Shown: piece after piece, positions 50,990 through 64,000 of the stretch
How positions within the stretch are numbered: the first letter of the stretch is position 1
How the letters are laid out: each line of letters opens with the position of its first letter
Assembly: GCA_965153455.1 (NCBI GenBank)
Contig: OZ234493.1
Span: forward strand, 3,968,001-4,032,000
DNA length: 64,000 nucleotides
Direction of reading: 5' to 3'
DNA from: Sphagnum compactum
Taxonomy: Eukaryota
The notes under the pieces: generated by a model
Seen by the model: the letters and a program-made list of their open reading frames with translations, nothing else
What the model was told of the DNA's origin: nothing
Database searches by the model: none
Position numbers and translations under genes: made by a program

Positions 50990-53900
50990 CTACTTTCTTG
51001 CACTGCCAGGTCCCCCACGCTTTTTTGTAGATGGCACAGCAACCTTATGCTTCACCTTAATTTCTACTTGCAGCTCTGACTTTGATGCTACCCACTCCCC
51101 TTCAGCAACTGTTGATTTCAGGAATGAACTCCCATCTGACCTCTTCTTGGCTTCAGATCTTGGCCCTTCAACGCCTCCACTTCTGTGACGCTTCTCTCCC
51201 AGAACTTTTCTTGACTTAGAACCTTCTGGGCTTTGTGTAGTTTTTCCCAAATGTTTGATTGAAGTTTTTCCACGTGTAGACCCTTTGTCTCGCTTCATGC
51301 TGCCAGTCAAGTTTTGGAGGGAGAAGTTTGGATGCACATCTGGACAAATGAGTGAATTCCATGAAGATTTTGGGACCCATTTTGTGTCTCTTTCACCATG
51401 AATTTTTGGGTCTGTCACAATTTTTGATTTCTCTGTCTCCACACTTACCTCATTGTTTTTTCCTTCAATTTCTCGAACATGGCTTTTAGCACTCCGAGAG
51501 ATACTAGAAGTGACCCCCATACCCCTAGCTGGCTGGGGCATTTTTCTTGGAGGCACCCCATTGAGAGGATTAGCTTCACTAACAACCTTGACATCTGTTA
51601 CCCATTCCTCATCTTCACCGTCCTCTCCATCTTCATCTTCATCTTCATCTTCGTCTTCATCATTTTCATCTTCCTTGTCCACATCTTCATCGTCGTCATC
51701 ATCATCTTCACGATCATTTGGATCTTCATCGACATCATCATCAGCAACCTCATCATAATCATCCCCATCATAATCATCCCCATTCTCATCAACATCTGAA
51801 TCTTCCTCGTTCTCATCCACACCCTCATCTTCATCTTCATCGTTAGATTCCTCAGCACTGTAGTCATCTCCATCCACAGCCTCATCTGTGCCAGGGTCTT
51901 GTTTGTCAATGAGAGCATCACTACCCATAGAACCAGGCTTGAGACCAGGCGAAGTGTTCTCAGCATTTGCACCTGTCTGAGGGGATGAACATTGTTCAAA
52001 ACTCGGCTTGAGCGTTGAATCCACATCAAGTGAACCTGAAATTCATTGCCTCATTAGTTGCAGAGACAACTCAATACATGTCTATGTTACAAGGAGGTTC
52101 TGTACAAACTGCACACATACAGGCCAGTGAGTTCACTAAAGTTGATGCAGAGTCCCTTATTTTCAAGGGCTAGCTACTCATGAAGAACTGAAACCACACA
52201 AAAATAACAGACCTAATTCGAAGTAGTTAAAAGTTCCATGGAAATGGATGCCAGAGACTTTCTGATGCAAGCAAATGCTGAATTCACAACATTTAATAGG
52301 GCATCCTAGCCGAGGACTTTGTAGATAACAGCCAAGGGGATCTGCTGGTACGAACCCAAGAAGGAGACTACCTGTCAAGACACATGTAATGCACTAGCAT
52401 CCACTATATAATTGTACCATATCCAAATGACCTATCTACAGATATGTATGTCACAATTAAATTTCATGATTTAGAACAAATGTGACAAGCTACATACATC
52501 ACACTAAAAGTCCATCTTTTTGGCTTATGGGCTTTGTAATTTCACCTGACAAATGTGGATCCAAAGATGCAGGTTCTGCCACAGGGCCAGCAGGATCATC
52601 TTTGTCAAAGTCATCCAGTATACCTGAGAAAACACCTTCCCTGCTCTGAGAATGTGAAGAGGACTTCTTAACACTGGCAGCTTTGAATAGTCTACTCCAC
52701 TTGCTTGCATCTGAAGCGGCACCTAGTGGTGATGGTGATTGAGATTGGAAGAATATTGATTCATCTCCTTGCATCCATGGGTCCTCTTCAGAGTCAACTT
52801 TATCCTCATCAATTGGCACATTGTCATCAGATCCAGTGGGAACAGTGGTAGGTTTTGAGACAAGTTTCGGCTGCCCAGAGAGTTTTGTCTTTGGTACCCT
52901 TATCTTTGTATGTTCGTTATCAACTCCATTTTTTGGTGCCAGCTGCTTTTCTGTTCCCGAGGCAGTTTCTGGTTGCAGTACTGGTTCCTCTCTGCAATTT
53001 TTATCAACACCTCAGAGCAATGAGTTTCATAAATGACCAATGTCGTGTTGCAACATCACATAGTCTCAACAATGATCATGGTATTGCAAATTGAGTGGAT
53101 TTGTAGAAACCATGTGCGCACTTGGGTTCATCATCTGGAAACAACTTGCTAAGAAGCTTGAGCTGTCTCTTCCTTTCTTCAGCTGCCTCAATTGCAATAC
53201 CAATGTTTGCATGTTCATCTGCTGCATTCAAATCTGGTCAAGATTTCCCCAGAGACATGTCCAATATCAGTCTAACAAACTGCAAACAAAAGGAATGAAA
53301 CTCTACATACCAGCATAATGAAACTAGGTTGGGCTTTTGTGAAACTCAAAGGCATGTGCCTCTGTAGATTGGACACTGACATTGAACCTAAGAAGTCCAT
53401 TTTATCAAGTGAGCATCTAAGACTAGTAAAACTGAAAGAGACAACTGCAGATTTCTCTAAGGAACCATGTTCCAAGTAATATCTTTCCAGCGAAAAGTAT
53501 GTCTTCCACACCTGTGAACTCTAAACACTGCATGAAAAAAATCAAGAAGACTGCAAACGCACCATATTAAAGTACAGGACTTAATCAATAACAATGACAC
53601 AATTATACAAAACAGACAAATCCTTGCCAATGAATTCATCCAGTTGTTGCTGCATCAAACCTTCAGAAAAGAATTGCACCCCTGCATTCAGGAAAAACAC
53701 AACTATTCATTCATGTGACCACCATATGGGAGATTTCTCAACAACAACAAAAACACTGCCTGCCTTTACTTCCATGAACACCAAATCAAACTGGCCAAAA
53801 TTACAATGCAAAACAAGTTAAGCACAATGGTGACAGTCAGCAATTTCAAATGGTTCCAATTACATGAAGAATCACATGGGGACAAAAGAAGAAATTGACA

Positions 53901-55338
53901 AGAATGGAGATGTCCACCTTCTGACTGGTCAAGCTTGCTGAGCTTTGAAGGACTTTGCAGAGGAATTTCTCGAGAAAGATCATTCAATGGAAGGCTTGGA
54001 AAATACTGAAAGCTACGCTTATGTTTCCCTGATCCCTTTGCTGGTATTAGTTTCACCTGCCATGGGTACATCAGTTAGATAGTTGGTGATGCAATAGCTA
54101 CAAAACTGACAACTATTGACTCCATCATGACAGGGATACCTGAACTGTCTTCAAGCATTCTCAAACCCTAACAAATTGTTGCTCAATTCCTCTGGCATTA
54201 AGCTCAGAATTGGTTGTTACATGCTTTATGAGCTTGTTGTGCAAAAGTTGATTGCATGCTGTTCAGGTCTATCAACCAAAAGCTACCTGAGAAATCAGCA
54301 AGATAGGGCCTGACTGACTTCTCCACTTAAGGTTTAAGACTTACAGCATAACAGTTATCAGATATGCACAGCTTGAAAACAAAAGGCTGCTATTTGATGG
54401 AGAAGACAGGAAGCAACTTCAAGTGAAAGAGGCATTACTGTAGCTCACAATACCAGTGATTGATTGTGTCAGAACAGGAAGATAAGCACACCTTTTTGGA
54501 GGATGCCATTGCAATCTTTAGAGGCTCGGATTGCATGAAAGACAAGTTGGTTGTCGACAGGTTTGACTGCTTGTTCATGGCATCTCCTCCCAGTGTATTT
54601 GACACTGCACTAAGATAGTCTTCATTGCTTGTCTCCTTAGCTTGTGCTGCAGCCCATTCACGGCGTAATCGGTCCATGTAATGCTCTTTTGCTTTCTCTA
54701 CCCGCAATGATCCACCTTTCCATTTACATCCATTGTACTGAAACGCCCACCAGTAAATCAAGATATCAAGATACCCTGCCCTCACCTTTCAAGGACGATT
54801 TTAGGTTCACATCCAACCTTGTTTCAATTCCCAGTGGGTTCACACACACACGCAGACACAAACACAGACAAAAACAGACACACAGGAAAGAGCTTGAACG
54901 CTTTGCATGGCTCTGATCTTGAGCTAATAACGAAGGGATCTGCCACAAGGAAAGGAGCAGGAGAAAAGTTCAGGTTAAATCTGCACATACCGCACTGAAG
55001 AGTTTGCGAAGGCTAGCCTGGGAAGAAGCTTCGAACTCCACATAAGCAAAGCCACGATGAGCGCCAGCAACAGCAGCAGAATCAACGCCGGCCTTGCTCG
55101 GAATCATCTCAATACGGTGCACAGATCCTAGAGGTGCAAAACGCTGCTCCAAATCACTGATGCTCACTGAAGGTCCCAATCCTCCTACAAAAAGCCTCAA
55201 CTTCACTTCCCCAACCTCCTCTTTCTCCTCTGTCTTCCTCTCCTGCTCTCCAGCCGTCTTCTCTTCTGCCATCCTCCTCCTCCTCTTCGCCTCCCCGACG
55301 CTTGCCGCATCCACAACGTTGGTCATCATCATCACCAT
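50990..55338 (-). CDS. ROS3: RRM protein, REPRESSOR OF SILENCING 3 / NOL8-like, multi-exon
   Basis: Exon 55338-54991 (LRLFVGGLGPSV...RGFAYVEF..SSQASLRKLFSA) and exon 54737-54492 (YNGCKWKGGSLRVEKAKEHYMDRLRREWAAA) match the ROS3/NOL8 N-terminus as I recall it. Further exons from 54056, ~53010-52500 and ~52035-50990 carry a D/E tract, KSSW and a C-terminal SF.KS...E.EW...K motif. Middle exon boundaries are uncertain. Confidence 0.88.
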
Positions 55339-55414
55339 CACCGGCTGACCCGTATCTCTCACTCTATCGCTCTCTCGCAACACCCTCTCTCATTCTACGA
55401 AAGCCTCAGCTCCA

Positions 55415-55459
55415 AAACCCTAACTCTCCAAAGCCTAGCGCGTTTAATGAAAACCCTAA
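55415..55459. promoter_or_regulatory. Two telo-boxes (AAACCCTAA) upstream of the ROS3-like gene
   Basis: Exact AAACCCTAA at 55415-55423 and 55451-55459, a motif typical of plant ribosome-biogenesis and translation gene promoters. Confidence 0.6.
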
Positions 55460-55769
55460 ATTAGGGCAGGGGCGTTCTGCACATAGAATCTCCACTGTGT
55501 AGAATCTGCCTCTCTTTAGAGACTATTTTTTAAATTGTGTAAATTATTATTCTTATGACATCATTATAATGTTATTGAACACGATTTCTTCAACCCAACA
55601 AAAGACCAAAATATACAAAAGAAAATAAAATAACAAAGCTTTACATCAATGATGATTATGTCATGCCCATACATGGTCTCATACATGGTGGCCAGTACGT
55701 CACGACATTGCACATCACGACAATTATTTACAATGTTTATTGTTTACAATTTTACATCCGTTTGGGATT

Positions 55770-56135
55770 AGAGAGTTCATTAAACGAAAGGTAGATCATG
55801 GAGGACAAATTGTCCTCTGGTATTGGCAGCATGCCACAAACTTGGCTAGGGCGATCGTGTTTGTAGTTTGCATGAGCTCAGCAAGAGTGCTAGTGTGGGT
55901 GAGGGGCAAGGTCGAACAAAAGCGTTCCTTAACTTTTTGTGTATTTCGACAAACAAGAAGAAAGTGTTCTTCATTCTCAACCTTCCCCAAATCGTAGCCT
56001 CAACAAAGCCTCTCTACATATGGCACGCCCTTCCACGCACCTAGCACTACCTCAAGCTGTGTGCTACCACATCGAAACTGAGCCAAAGCTTTCTGGTTAT
56101 TTACAATGACATCAGTGATCTAACATACCCAATCT
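55770..56135 (-). mobile_element. 3' fragment of a LINE ORF2 (C-terminal Zn-finger region)
   Basis: The minus strand reads KALAQFRCGSTQLEVVLGAWKGVPYVERLC*GYDLGKVENEEHFLLVC, a pattern typical of LINE ORF2 C-termini. Confidence 0.7.
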
Positions 56136-56959
56136 TTTTACATCTTTTTTTTATGAAATGCAACCCTTCTTCACAACTTGACTAGGAAATGCAACTTTTG
56201 CAAAAGACCACTATGCTTCAAGCAATGGCATTATTGGCATTGGGCTTTTCATCATGTTAACTTTTGCATCAATTTTCATTCCACATAGGAAACTTGACAC
56301 GATGAAGCTTGGTACATTTTTCATTTGGATTCTTAGTGTTGGGATGGTAGATGCAACAAGGTAGGTTGTAACATGTAATATTGCAAAGGTTTTGGATGTT
56401 TCCCCATTTCATGGTAGTGGTAGTAGATTTAGCCACGTTATTGTAGGAAACTTGTTGAGAGTGTTTTGAGTCATGTATAAGTTTTTTTTTTGCTAAGTAA
56501 AGGTTTTTTTTTAGTAATGGCTCCTATGAATCCTATTATCTAGAATATGTGATTGAACTTTGAAGTTGCCACTTCATGTTATATAGATTTGTTTTCTCTC
56601 TAGATTTGTTTACCAAGTTCCAATTTATTTCTTTGTTGACTTCTTTTTTGCATCTATGTATTAGATGTGGTCAATTTTCATAGCACTCATAGTTCCAACT
56701 TTTAAGAGACCAATTGATTGTCAAAAAACATGCTTGCATTTTTTATACGAAATCCGTTGCTATGGGTTTGATTGCATTTGAAACAACATGAGCATGCATA
56801 ACTAAAATATATTTATCTTGATTCATGCTCTTCGTATTCAAGGGTATTTAATGTGGCCTTTGTCATTGGTCCAAATGTAAATGTGATTATGTAAATGTTT
56901 CAAGTGTGAATAGGCACTAATAATAACGTTCAATTGTGAAGTTTTTTTGACAAAAATCT

Positions 56960-57275
56960 TAAGTGACCAATATTATTCAAAATTCAATATCTTTCCAACC
57001 TTAGGTCTAAAACTGTCAAAATCACCTCCAAAAAATCCCACTTATCAAAGGCTTTCCAAGAATACCAAGAATTTGTGCCAATTTCCCCAATTTTTTTGGC
57101 TTTTTTTTAATATTCTTTTACAAAATTGTTCAATATTCAATTATTCCTACATTGTATGTCTAAACATTACAAAACCTCCTCAGCGCACCCTTGTTCATCG
57201 AGAGCTTCCCAACTATACCAAGAGGGGGCGGGTGGGTTGTGGTTTTGGGAAATCTTTCAACTACACAACCTAATC
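56960..57275 (+). repeat. Dispersed repeat related to 45170-45405
   Basis: Shared tcaaaggcttt...aatacca...ccaatttcc and catc.ag.gctt.cca...tgg.tttgg.aa blocks. Confidence 0.55.
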
Positions 57276-58847
57276 TTGTACTTATGGTTGAACTTTTGTT
57301 AGGAAGTAGTTCAAAGTTGAAACCTGTGTTTATATGGGATAATGAAAAGTGTGATGTGACATGGAGTATGCGTCCACTAAATCCAGATAGGGAGCTTTTA
57401 CTAAAAAAAATATGAATTGGGTGTTTTCAGAAATCAGCCCTAGATTTTGAAAACTAAGTCCGAGCAATACGTTGTTAATAGATGATTGACCCTACAATTT
57501 TGTTGGCAATGTGCCATTTTCATATATCCTACCCCAACCATTTGATAATTATTTATTGGCCAATTTGTGGCCGTACTTACTTGGGTTGTCGGAGGTTCAA
57601 GTATTTTAAAGTACCTTGATTGTAATCCACACGAGCAGAAAAAACAACCACATTGGTTTGCCATAAAGGTTTTTGCGTGGTCGTCTAATTTTGCTTAGCC
57701 TAATGGTAGTGAACCCTTAAACCTAGGTTTTTTTTTTTTTCGTGTATATACTTCAAATATTTTTGTATTGTTAAACTTCTAAAAAATAGATATAGTTATG
57801 CTTAAGACCAATGTATTTTAATCATGTGTCTCTAATATGTAGAAATCAAAAGCTACTATAGGCATTTCAAAAACATCAAGAACATCAATTTTGGCCCCCA
57901 AATAAATGATAATCTTTTCTATGGGTTATCAACTAACTCTGAGGTAAACAATAAAGGAATTAGTTGATAGACTAGTTGAAGAAATTCACCCAAATGTAAG
58001 TCAATTACATTTGTGTTTGAATTCATAATTTATAGTTAATTGTCGATACTAAATGAATGATTGTGGGTTTTGGATTTAATTGGATTGTGCATTTGTGTGT
58101 AGTACAAAAAAATCAATGTGTTGTCCTCATGACTGCTCATGGATGTAAAAGGATTGTGTGATTGGCAACTTTGTCAAATTTGGAGGTGGAGATGCGATGC
58201 ATCATAATCGCACCATGCTTGAAGAACGTATTTCTATTGTTATTACATCTTGTATCTTGGTTGGTGTTCATTTGTCGTGTTTAGAGCATGACCATGATCC
58301 TCCCTTCCGCATGGTAGACAATGCAATTGGGTATATCATTTTGGAAACTCATCACAAAATTCTAGTAATTAGCATATGCATTTTCCATAATTAGCCATAG
58401 GTCTTATGCTAGTAGTTCATACTTTGTGCATTACAAATAAACTTTCTAGCTTTTTGGACATGTTACTATATTTCAAGATGCCTTCATGTGTGTAATATGT
58501 GGTGCATTTTAAGATGTTGCAAATGGGTCAATGTTATCATGCCTTATGTTGTGTGAGAATTTAAATTCCCTTTCAAAATATATGTGACTGTATCCATGTG
58601 TAAATATATCAAGTGAATCATATAGGAACTAAGGTTAGAGGTAGGTCAAATTATTGTTAGTTAATTAAATCTAGTAAAAAAATCAATAATAGATATATAT
58701 CTAGCATTGACCACATAAAAATACAAATAATCATTTCAGTCACACTATTAGTCAACACAAACATGACATTTGGCACGTACATTAACTACCATTTGGCATC
58801 ATGTCATCTAGATTACAAGACAATTTAGTCATTATAGACATGATAGT

Positions 58848-59012
58848 TGGCACCCATATCAATTGAAATTTTGGTTAGTTTAGTAAAAAAACCATGCCAC
58901 TTAACACCCACATCAACTGAAATTTTAGTTAATTTAATAAAAAAACCATGCCATTTAACACCCATGTCAATTGAAATTTCAATTAGCTTATTCAAAAAAC
59001 CATCCCACTTGG
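58848..59012 (+). repeat. 54-bp tandem repeat, 3 copies
   Basis: caccca..tcaa.tgaaattt...ttag.tta.t.aaaaaaccat.cca.tt occurs three times; both overlapping ORFs show 18-aa periodicity. Confidence 0.85.
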
Positions 59013-60645
59013 CAGCTATGTTAGAAAAATATACCATTTTTTAGTCGCTTAAAACACAACATCTATCACGCATACAACAACTAAAAGAGGGGTTAATCTC
59101 AACATTTCGTATGTATGGAGTTCCAGAATTTCATACTGAGATTTAATAGAATTTCCTTACTTTGCGGATACAACAACTAAGAGAGGGGTTAGGGGGTGAA
59201 AGGAGGCCCAAAGACAGGGTGTGAAGACAGGGTGAAATCAACTGCAGATATCTCGATTGTGTTCTTACTTAGAATGTGCAAAAAGATATAACTTTGGCAA
59301 AACAAATGGGACAAGCAAAAGTGGTGAATGCCTCCCAGAAATTGTAGGCTTCCCAGAGGGGAGATGTAGATCAGAAAATAGCAGGAATGGTTATTATAAG
59401 TTTGGTACCCACAATTAAAAACAAGGGGGGGGGGTGGTATTAAGTCTTGATAAAGGTACATCAGAAAATAGCAGGAATGTTTAATATAAGAGACTTGAGT
59501 GTTGAACCCAGTTTGGAAGAGGACAAAGCCAATGAGGTGTTGGATCAAGTGGGTGTTCACAAGTGTTGGGTGGGTACCAAAATGTTAAAAATAACCAATT
59601 GATTCAATTCTTTCATTATATAGTAGGTTCAAGAGATTTTGCCCCCAAGAAATAGAAACTAGGTGAGATGATTCATCCTAATTTGGTTGTTAAAAATTCA
59701 TATTCATCTTTTGACATTTTGTTTTCTCCACCGCCTCTTCAAATGTGCACCTAGCCCACCAAGTGACTTTGTCACCAATCCATAATCAGCAAAATTAAAA
59801 TATGAAACTATATTTATTTATTTTTCCAAAAATGGTTATGGCACCCATCATACACAAAAATTCATGTAATTTTTTTCAAAATGTGACCATGTGATTGAAA
59901 ACATTCAAATACACATGTGATGACCAGTTTTGTTTTTTGGTTAAATTTTTTTCACAAATGTGGAATATAAATATGAAAAGGGTATATTTTTATCACTTCT
60001 TTTTTTTTTTTGGGAGAAAAAACCATTAGATTTGTAAAAAATTGAAAATCATGTAAAAAATTGGTAACAATTTTTAAAATGTTTAGATAGGTTCCTAGAA
60101 CATGTCATCATTTAATGTGAATATCCATTTTAGCTTCCTCATAATCAATGTGTTGTTAAAAAATGACACAAAAATCATGACATTTTTATTTTTTTTATAA
60201 CAACATGATGATGTAGTACATTAAAATAGATTTATTTTAAATTTTTCCCGTAGCTATGACCAATTTATCATACAATATCAATTGTTGATATTAAATTAAT
60301 GGCAGGGCCATTGTGTACAAACACACCCTTGTTTTTCCAAAGAATTGAGATGGTTCTATCAAAAAAATATTTATCACTTTTAAATACCTTGCATGATTGT
60401 AATATTTTATTTATTTATTTTCTTTGCAAAATCGATTCTTTCATAACTGATTCTTACTTCATTCTTACTAGTTGATTATATTTACAGGGTGCTCACAATA
60501 ACTGGAATCACTGCAATTAATGGTAAGCAACTGGCAAGGAGATGGAGACCATAATCAGATTAGCATAGGAAGAAACAGAAAGTTCTTACAGATGCGATGT
60601 CTATTACATCCTACTATGATCACAAAGCATGCAAAAAAGACCCGC

Positions 60646-60701
60646 AAATTCTCTCCCTAAGAAAAACTTCTCTCCCTAAGAAAAAATTCTCTCCCTAAGA
60701 A
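60646..60701 (+). repeat. ~19-bp tandem repeat, 3 copies
   Basis: ttctctccctaagaa occurs three times. Confidence 0.85.
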
Positions 60702-61046
60702 TTACAAAAGTGACCGGCCTCTGACTCACTGCCTCACATGGAGCTCAGACTCTGGATATTTACACATGTAAGCACTCATGGCACTGATGCTTGATCACAC
60801 CCACCATGGTATTATTGCACATGGGTTTTACATTCCTAATCTCACTTGCACTGCACTGTGTGATGTGCAGTGAAAAGCACCTTTTTACTAGATCAACATG
60901 GTTCTCCAGTGTGGAGGGGGAAATTGTTGTACACAGCAGGTTGAACAGCAGTGATAGGTTGGATATCAGAACCTAAATGAGTTCATTAGACTGTGATGGA
61001 GGGAAAGGGGTTTTTCACATTCTCTTCCCTGTTGGATATAGATTCA

Positions 61047-63596
61047 TCAGTCGTCATCGTCGTCATCATCATCTTCATCAATGTCATCGAAGTCGTCAAA
61101 GTCATCGAACTGGAAATTGAACAGAAAATTTTCAATACCCCCGACCTCCTCCTGCAGCAAGTACAGAGCACTTCTGTGTTAATCTTCCATCTCCCACGCA
61201 AGAATACCAAGGGGCAGCCTGTCCAGAATACATCAATCTCTCTGTGGTCCCTTTCAGCACCTTAAATTTGCATAATGTCACAACATCAAAACAAACCACA
61301 AGCCTCCTGCACAGGGTTGACTCTTTTACGGGCAACATCCTGCATAGTACCATTCACTGTCCATTACCCAGTATTTACCAGTCAACAGTTTCTTAGGAAT
61401 TTCCTCCAGCTACCTACAATGATTTTCAAAGGAAGGTACAAAGGCCCTTACCACTTCCTTCCACCTGTTATTCCTGATCATGTATTCTTGAACTGTCCAC
61501 ACAGGCCCATCCCTTAGCTGCACAGACATTACCACAATCTTTAATTCCATTGCTAAAAGTGATATAATGTACAAAAACAGATGCATGGTACCCCAGCAAT
61601 AATAATTTCCTCATAGTGGCAGAGGTGAGCTCACATGTGATTCAACAGTTTCAAAGTGAAGCTCCTGTTTGCTTGCTAGATGAGGTGGTCCTGTCTTGAT
61701 GGCTGGTTTTGAAGATGCATGAACAGTTGCAACCAAGTCTTTCAGGAATGTGCTCCTTGGCATTACCACTGCAGGCACAATGGACTGTGCATTTAGTTCC
61801 ACATGACAAACTGTAGGATACTCAACCGTGGAATCTGACTAATTCACTTGGACACTAGTAAAAATTTTGAACAAATATAGTCAGCAAACAAAGTCTCCCA
61901 TTTTCTTGTCTACAAATTTCTCTCATCTTGTCACAATACTCACATTTGGCCTGCCGAGCATCCACTGAACTGTGTTTGGCCTCTCGAGTATGCCATGTAT
62001 CCAATGAATTTTGCACTTTCTCTTCTCTGCTGACCTGCACACAAAGCAGATATTGGGTTTCATTTGTCCTCTATCTCAAAAGAGCAAAGTCATGTGTTCT
62101 TTATAGGTAGTAGCATCATGCAGCAAAGTATGTATGCTTCACTGTGTACTTGACATTTGGTAGAAACAAGAAAGATGTAAATGCACTCTGTTGAAAAATT
62201 GACACAGGACAAAAGAATACAACAATGTACATGGGTAGCTTCAAGCAGTTGCCAGAGACAGACTGAGGTACTCAAAATCCTACAAATAACTCCCATCTTC
62301 AATAGAGAACAATATGAAGTGCAGATAGCAAAGGCTGGACTCACCATAATCCTGTGGAGAAACCTGCTAACTTGCACATGACATTAAAAAAAACCCAATG
62401 CACACAACCAACATTGTCAGCACCAAGTTGTATGACCGACAAAAAAAAGAATACCCTTTAACCCTTTTGGTAGCTACAAGTCAAAAACATTGATGCGACA
62501 GGGAAAAAAGCCAGATGGTAAAACACAGCAGGACAGAGACATACCTCCTTTGGAAGCCTTCATCCGCTCTTTGATGTGCATGCTGGATTGGGGTTCCGGG
62601 GCGGCAAGCTTAACCATCTGCCAAGAAAATTGACAAAACAAAGATGCTCCTGAGAAACGCACTCACATCCCTTGTTGCAGCCACCTGGACAAACCCTTTA
62701 CTCTTCAAAGTAGAATTTGAATGGGAACTCACATTTTCATAAGGCCATGTACATCATGGAAACACATACATACCTCATGGTGGACTCTCTCAGCTTCCCT
62801 CTGTGCCATCCTTTTAGCTTCCTCCCTGGTCTCTTGCTGATTCAGCTCCTCCATAGCAGCTCCCAGCAACGGTTTGTGTAGCAACCGTGAAGAATCCTGG
62901 TAGAAAGAAAAACAATAAGTCCATCTTTCATACCTCCTTTCTCACAGCTCTTGATGCAAGTCAGTCATACCGAAGGCAAGACTGCACATCAACCAAAGAT
63001 CTTGCAGTTTGTAGGGGGGTTCAAGAATTCACAAGAACAGCTCTTACCATGACATGGGCTGCTGATTTACTCCTGTTGTAGACAGGGTTTTCGCCTCCTT
63101 TCCCTGTATCTGTCAAGGGCACAGCAACAGCGCGACCCATCTCACTCCTCCCGCTCCCCATGGGCCCCATGGACTTCATTCTCGTAATCTCGGAGGCTCC
63201 TGCAGCAGGAGGAACGCTACTACTGATGGCCAGTACTCCGCCAGCAGCGCTTTGAGCAGCGGGGGGAGGAGCCGAGGCGTCGAGCTCGAACAAGTCACTG
63301 TCCATCAGATTCCATTGCTGCAGAGGCGGTGGGGTCACAACGGCTGCATTCTCCAGATGTGAACTAGCAGTCCCCTCCACACCCGCGCCGCCGTGTGGTG
63401 CTTGTGGCTGAGCGAAGGTTTCTTGAGATTTAGTGGTTCCCCAGTCGATCAGGTCCACCTCGTTCCAATTCCTTGCCACCGCCGTTGTTGTCGTCGTCAC
63501 GTTACCGTTCGCCTTCGCTAAATCATTGGCCGCGTCCTCTGCGACGCCTTCTTCTCCGGACTCATCAGTGCTCCCCCTAACATCCCTTTCGATCAT
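61047..63596 (-). CDS. Uncharacterised multi-exon protein with a disordered N-terminus and an acidic C-terminal tail
   Basis: Exons 63596-63048, 62896-62774, 62617-62545, ~62034-61943, ~61810-61634, ~61517-61452 and last exon 61151-61047 (EEVGGIENFLFNFQFDDFDDFDDIDEDDDDDDDD*) with canonical splice sites. Some small internal exons and phases are unresolved; family not recognised. Confidence 0.6.
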
Positions 63597-64000
63597 CGTG
63601 TCTCTCTGGTTCTCTTCCTCTCCACTTTTGCACAAATCGCCTCCGACACTCCAAACTACACCTGATCAGAAGAACCCCAAGTCTCACACACCACTGATCC
63701 TCCTACAGGAACCTCGTCACCTGAATACTTTTATCTGGATGTCTCGATCACTCGCAATTTTGTCAACAACACCACCTTGAAGAACCTGCAGGGGCAGCAG
63801 CCCACATAGCTAGCACACCCACAAAAGATATTTCAGTGTAAGGCTCAAGAAAGCTCCTTAAACCCTACACATTTTGGTACACAACCCCCCCCCCCCCCCC
63901 CCAAAAGAAGACAGAAGACTGTTGCCAAAAAAAAAAAGAACCGCGAGAGTATTTTGGTTATGGAAAACGAACTCAAAAGCAACTCCGAAGAAGAAAGAAG

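Noticed and set aside
51453-52029. Poly-Ser, poly-Ile and Met-rich overlapping ORFs
   Set aside because: Alternative-frame and antisense shadows of the GAT/GAA-rich acidic exon of the ROS3-like gene.
60986-61210. ORF-track frame MVFLRGRW...MMMTTMTT as the last exon of the terminal gene
   Set aside because: The alternative frame after the acceptor at 61152 gives a more plausible acidic C-terminus.

Overview
Eukaryotic plant genomic DNA with AT-rich intergenic DNA and GT-AG introns; a bryophyte, possibly Sphagnum, is an inference from style only. Genes: a two-exon NYN+LOTUS (MARF1-like) gene with a degenerate active site and a frameshifted second LOTUS domain behind its stop (14956-16946 +); an 8-exon HAK17/cluster-IV KUP/HAK/KT transporter (19877-23932 -); a ROS3/NOL8-like RRM protein (50990-55338 -); an unrecognised multi-exon protein with an acidic DDF tail (61047-63596 -); and a possible 110-aa orphan gene (11489-12424 +). 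The intergenic DNA is mostly mobile-element debris: a 300-bp Helitron-like element flanked by a 215-bp direct duplication, a compound Helitron carrying an intron-containing DUF604/Fringe-like gene fragment, an orphan DEAH-helicase exon, a decayed CRE-like non-LTR element that splits a MITE and has a 12-bp TSD, a decayed two-gene PIF/Harbinger element, an LTR remnant, a LINE 3' fragment and several tandem arrays. I found no convincing wholly new multi-gene system. The Helitron structures and the NYN-LOTUS locus are the most interesting. All calls were made by eye; no database searches were run.
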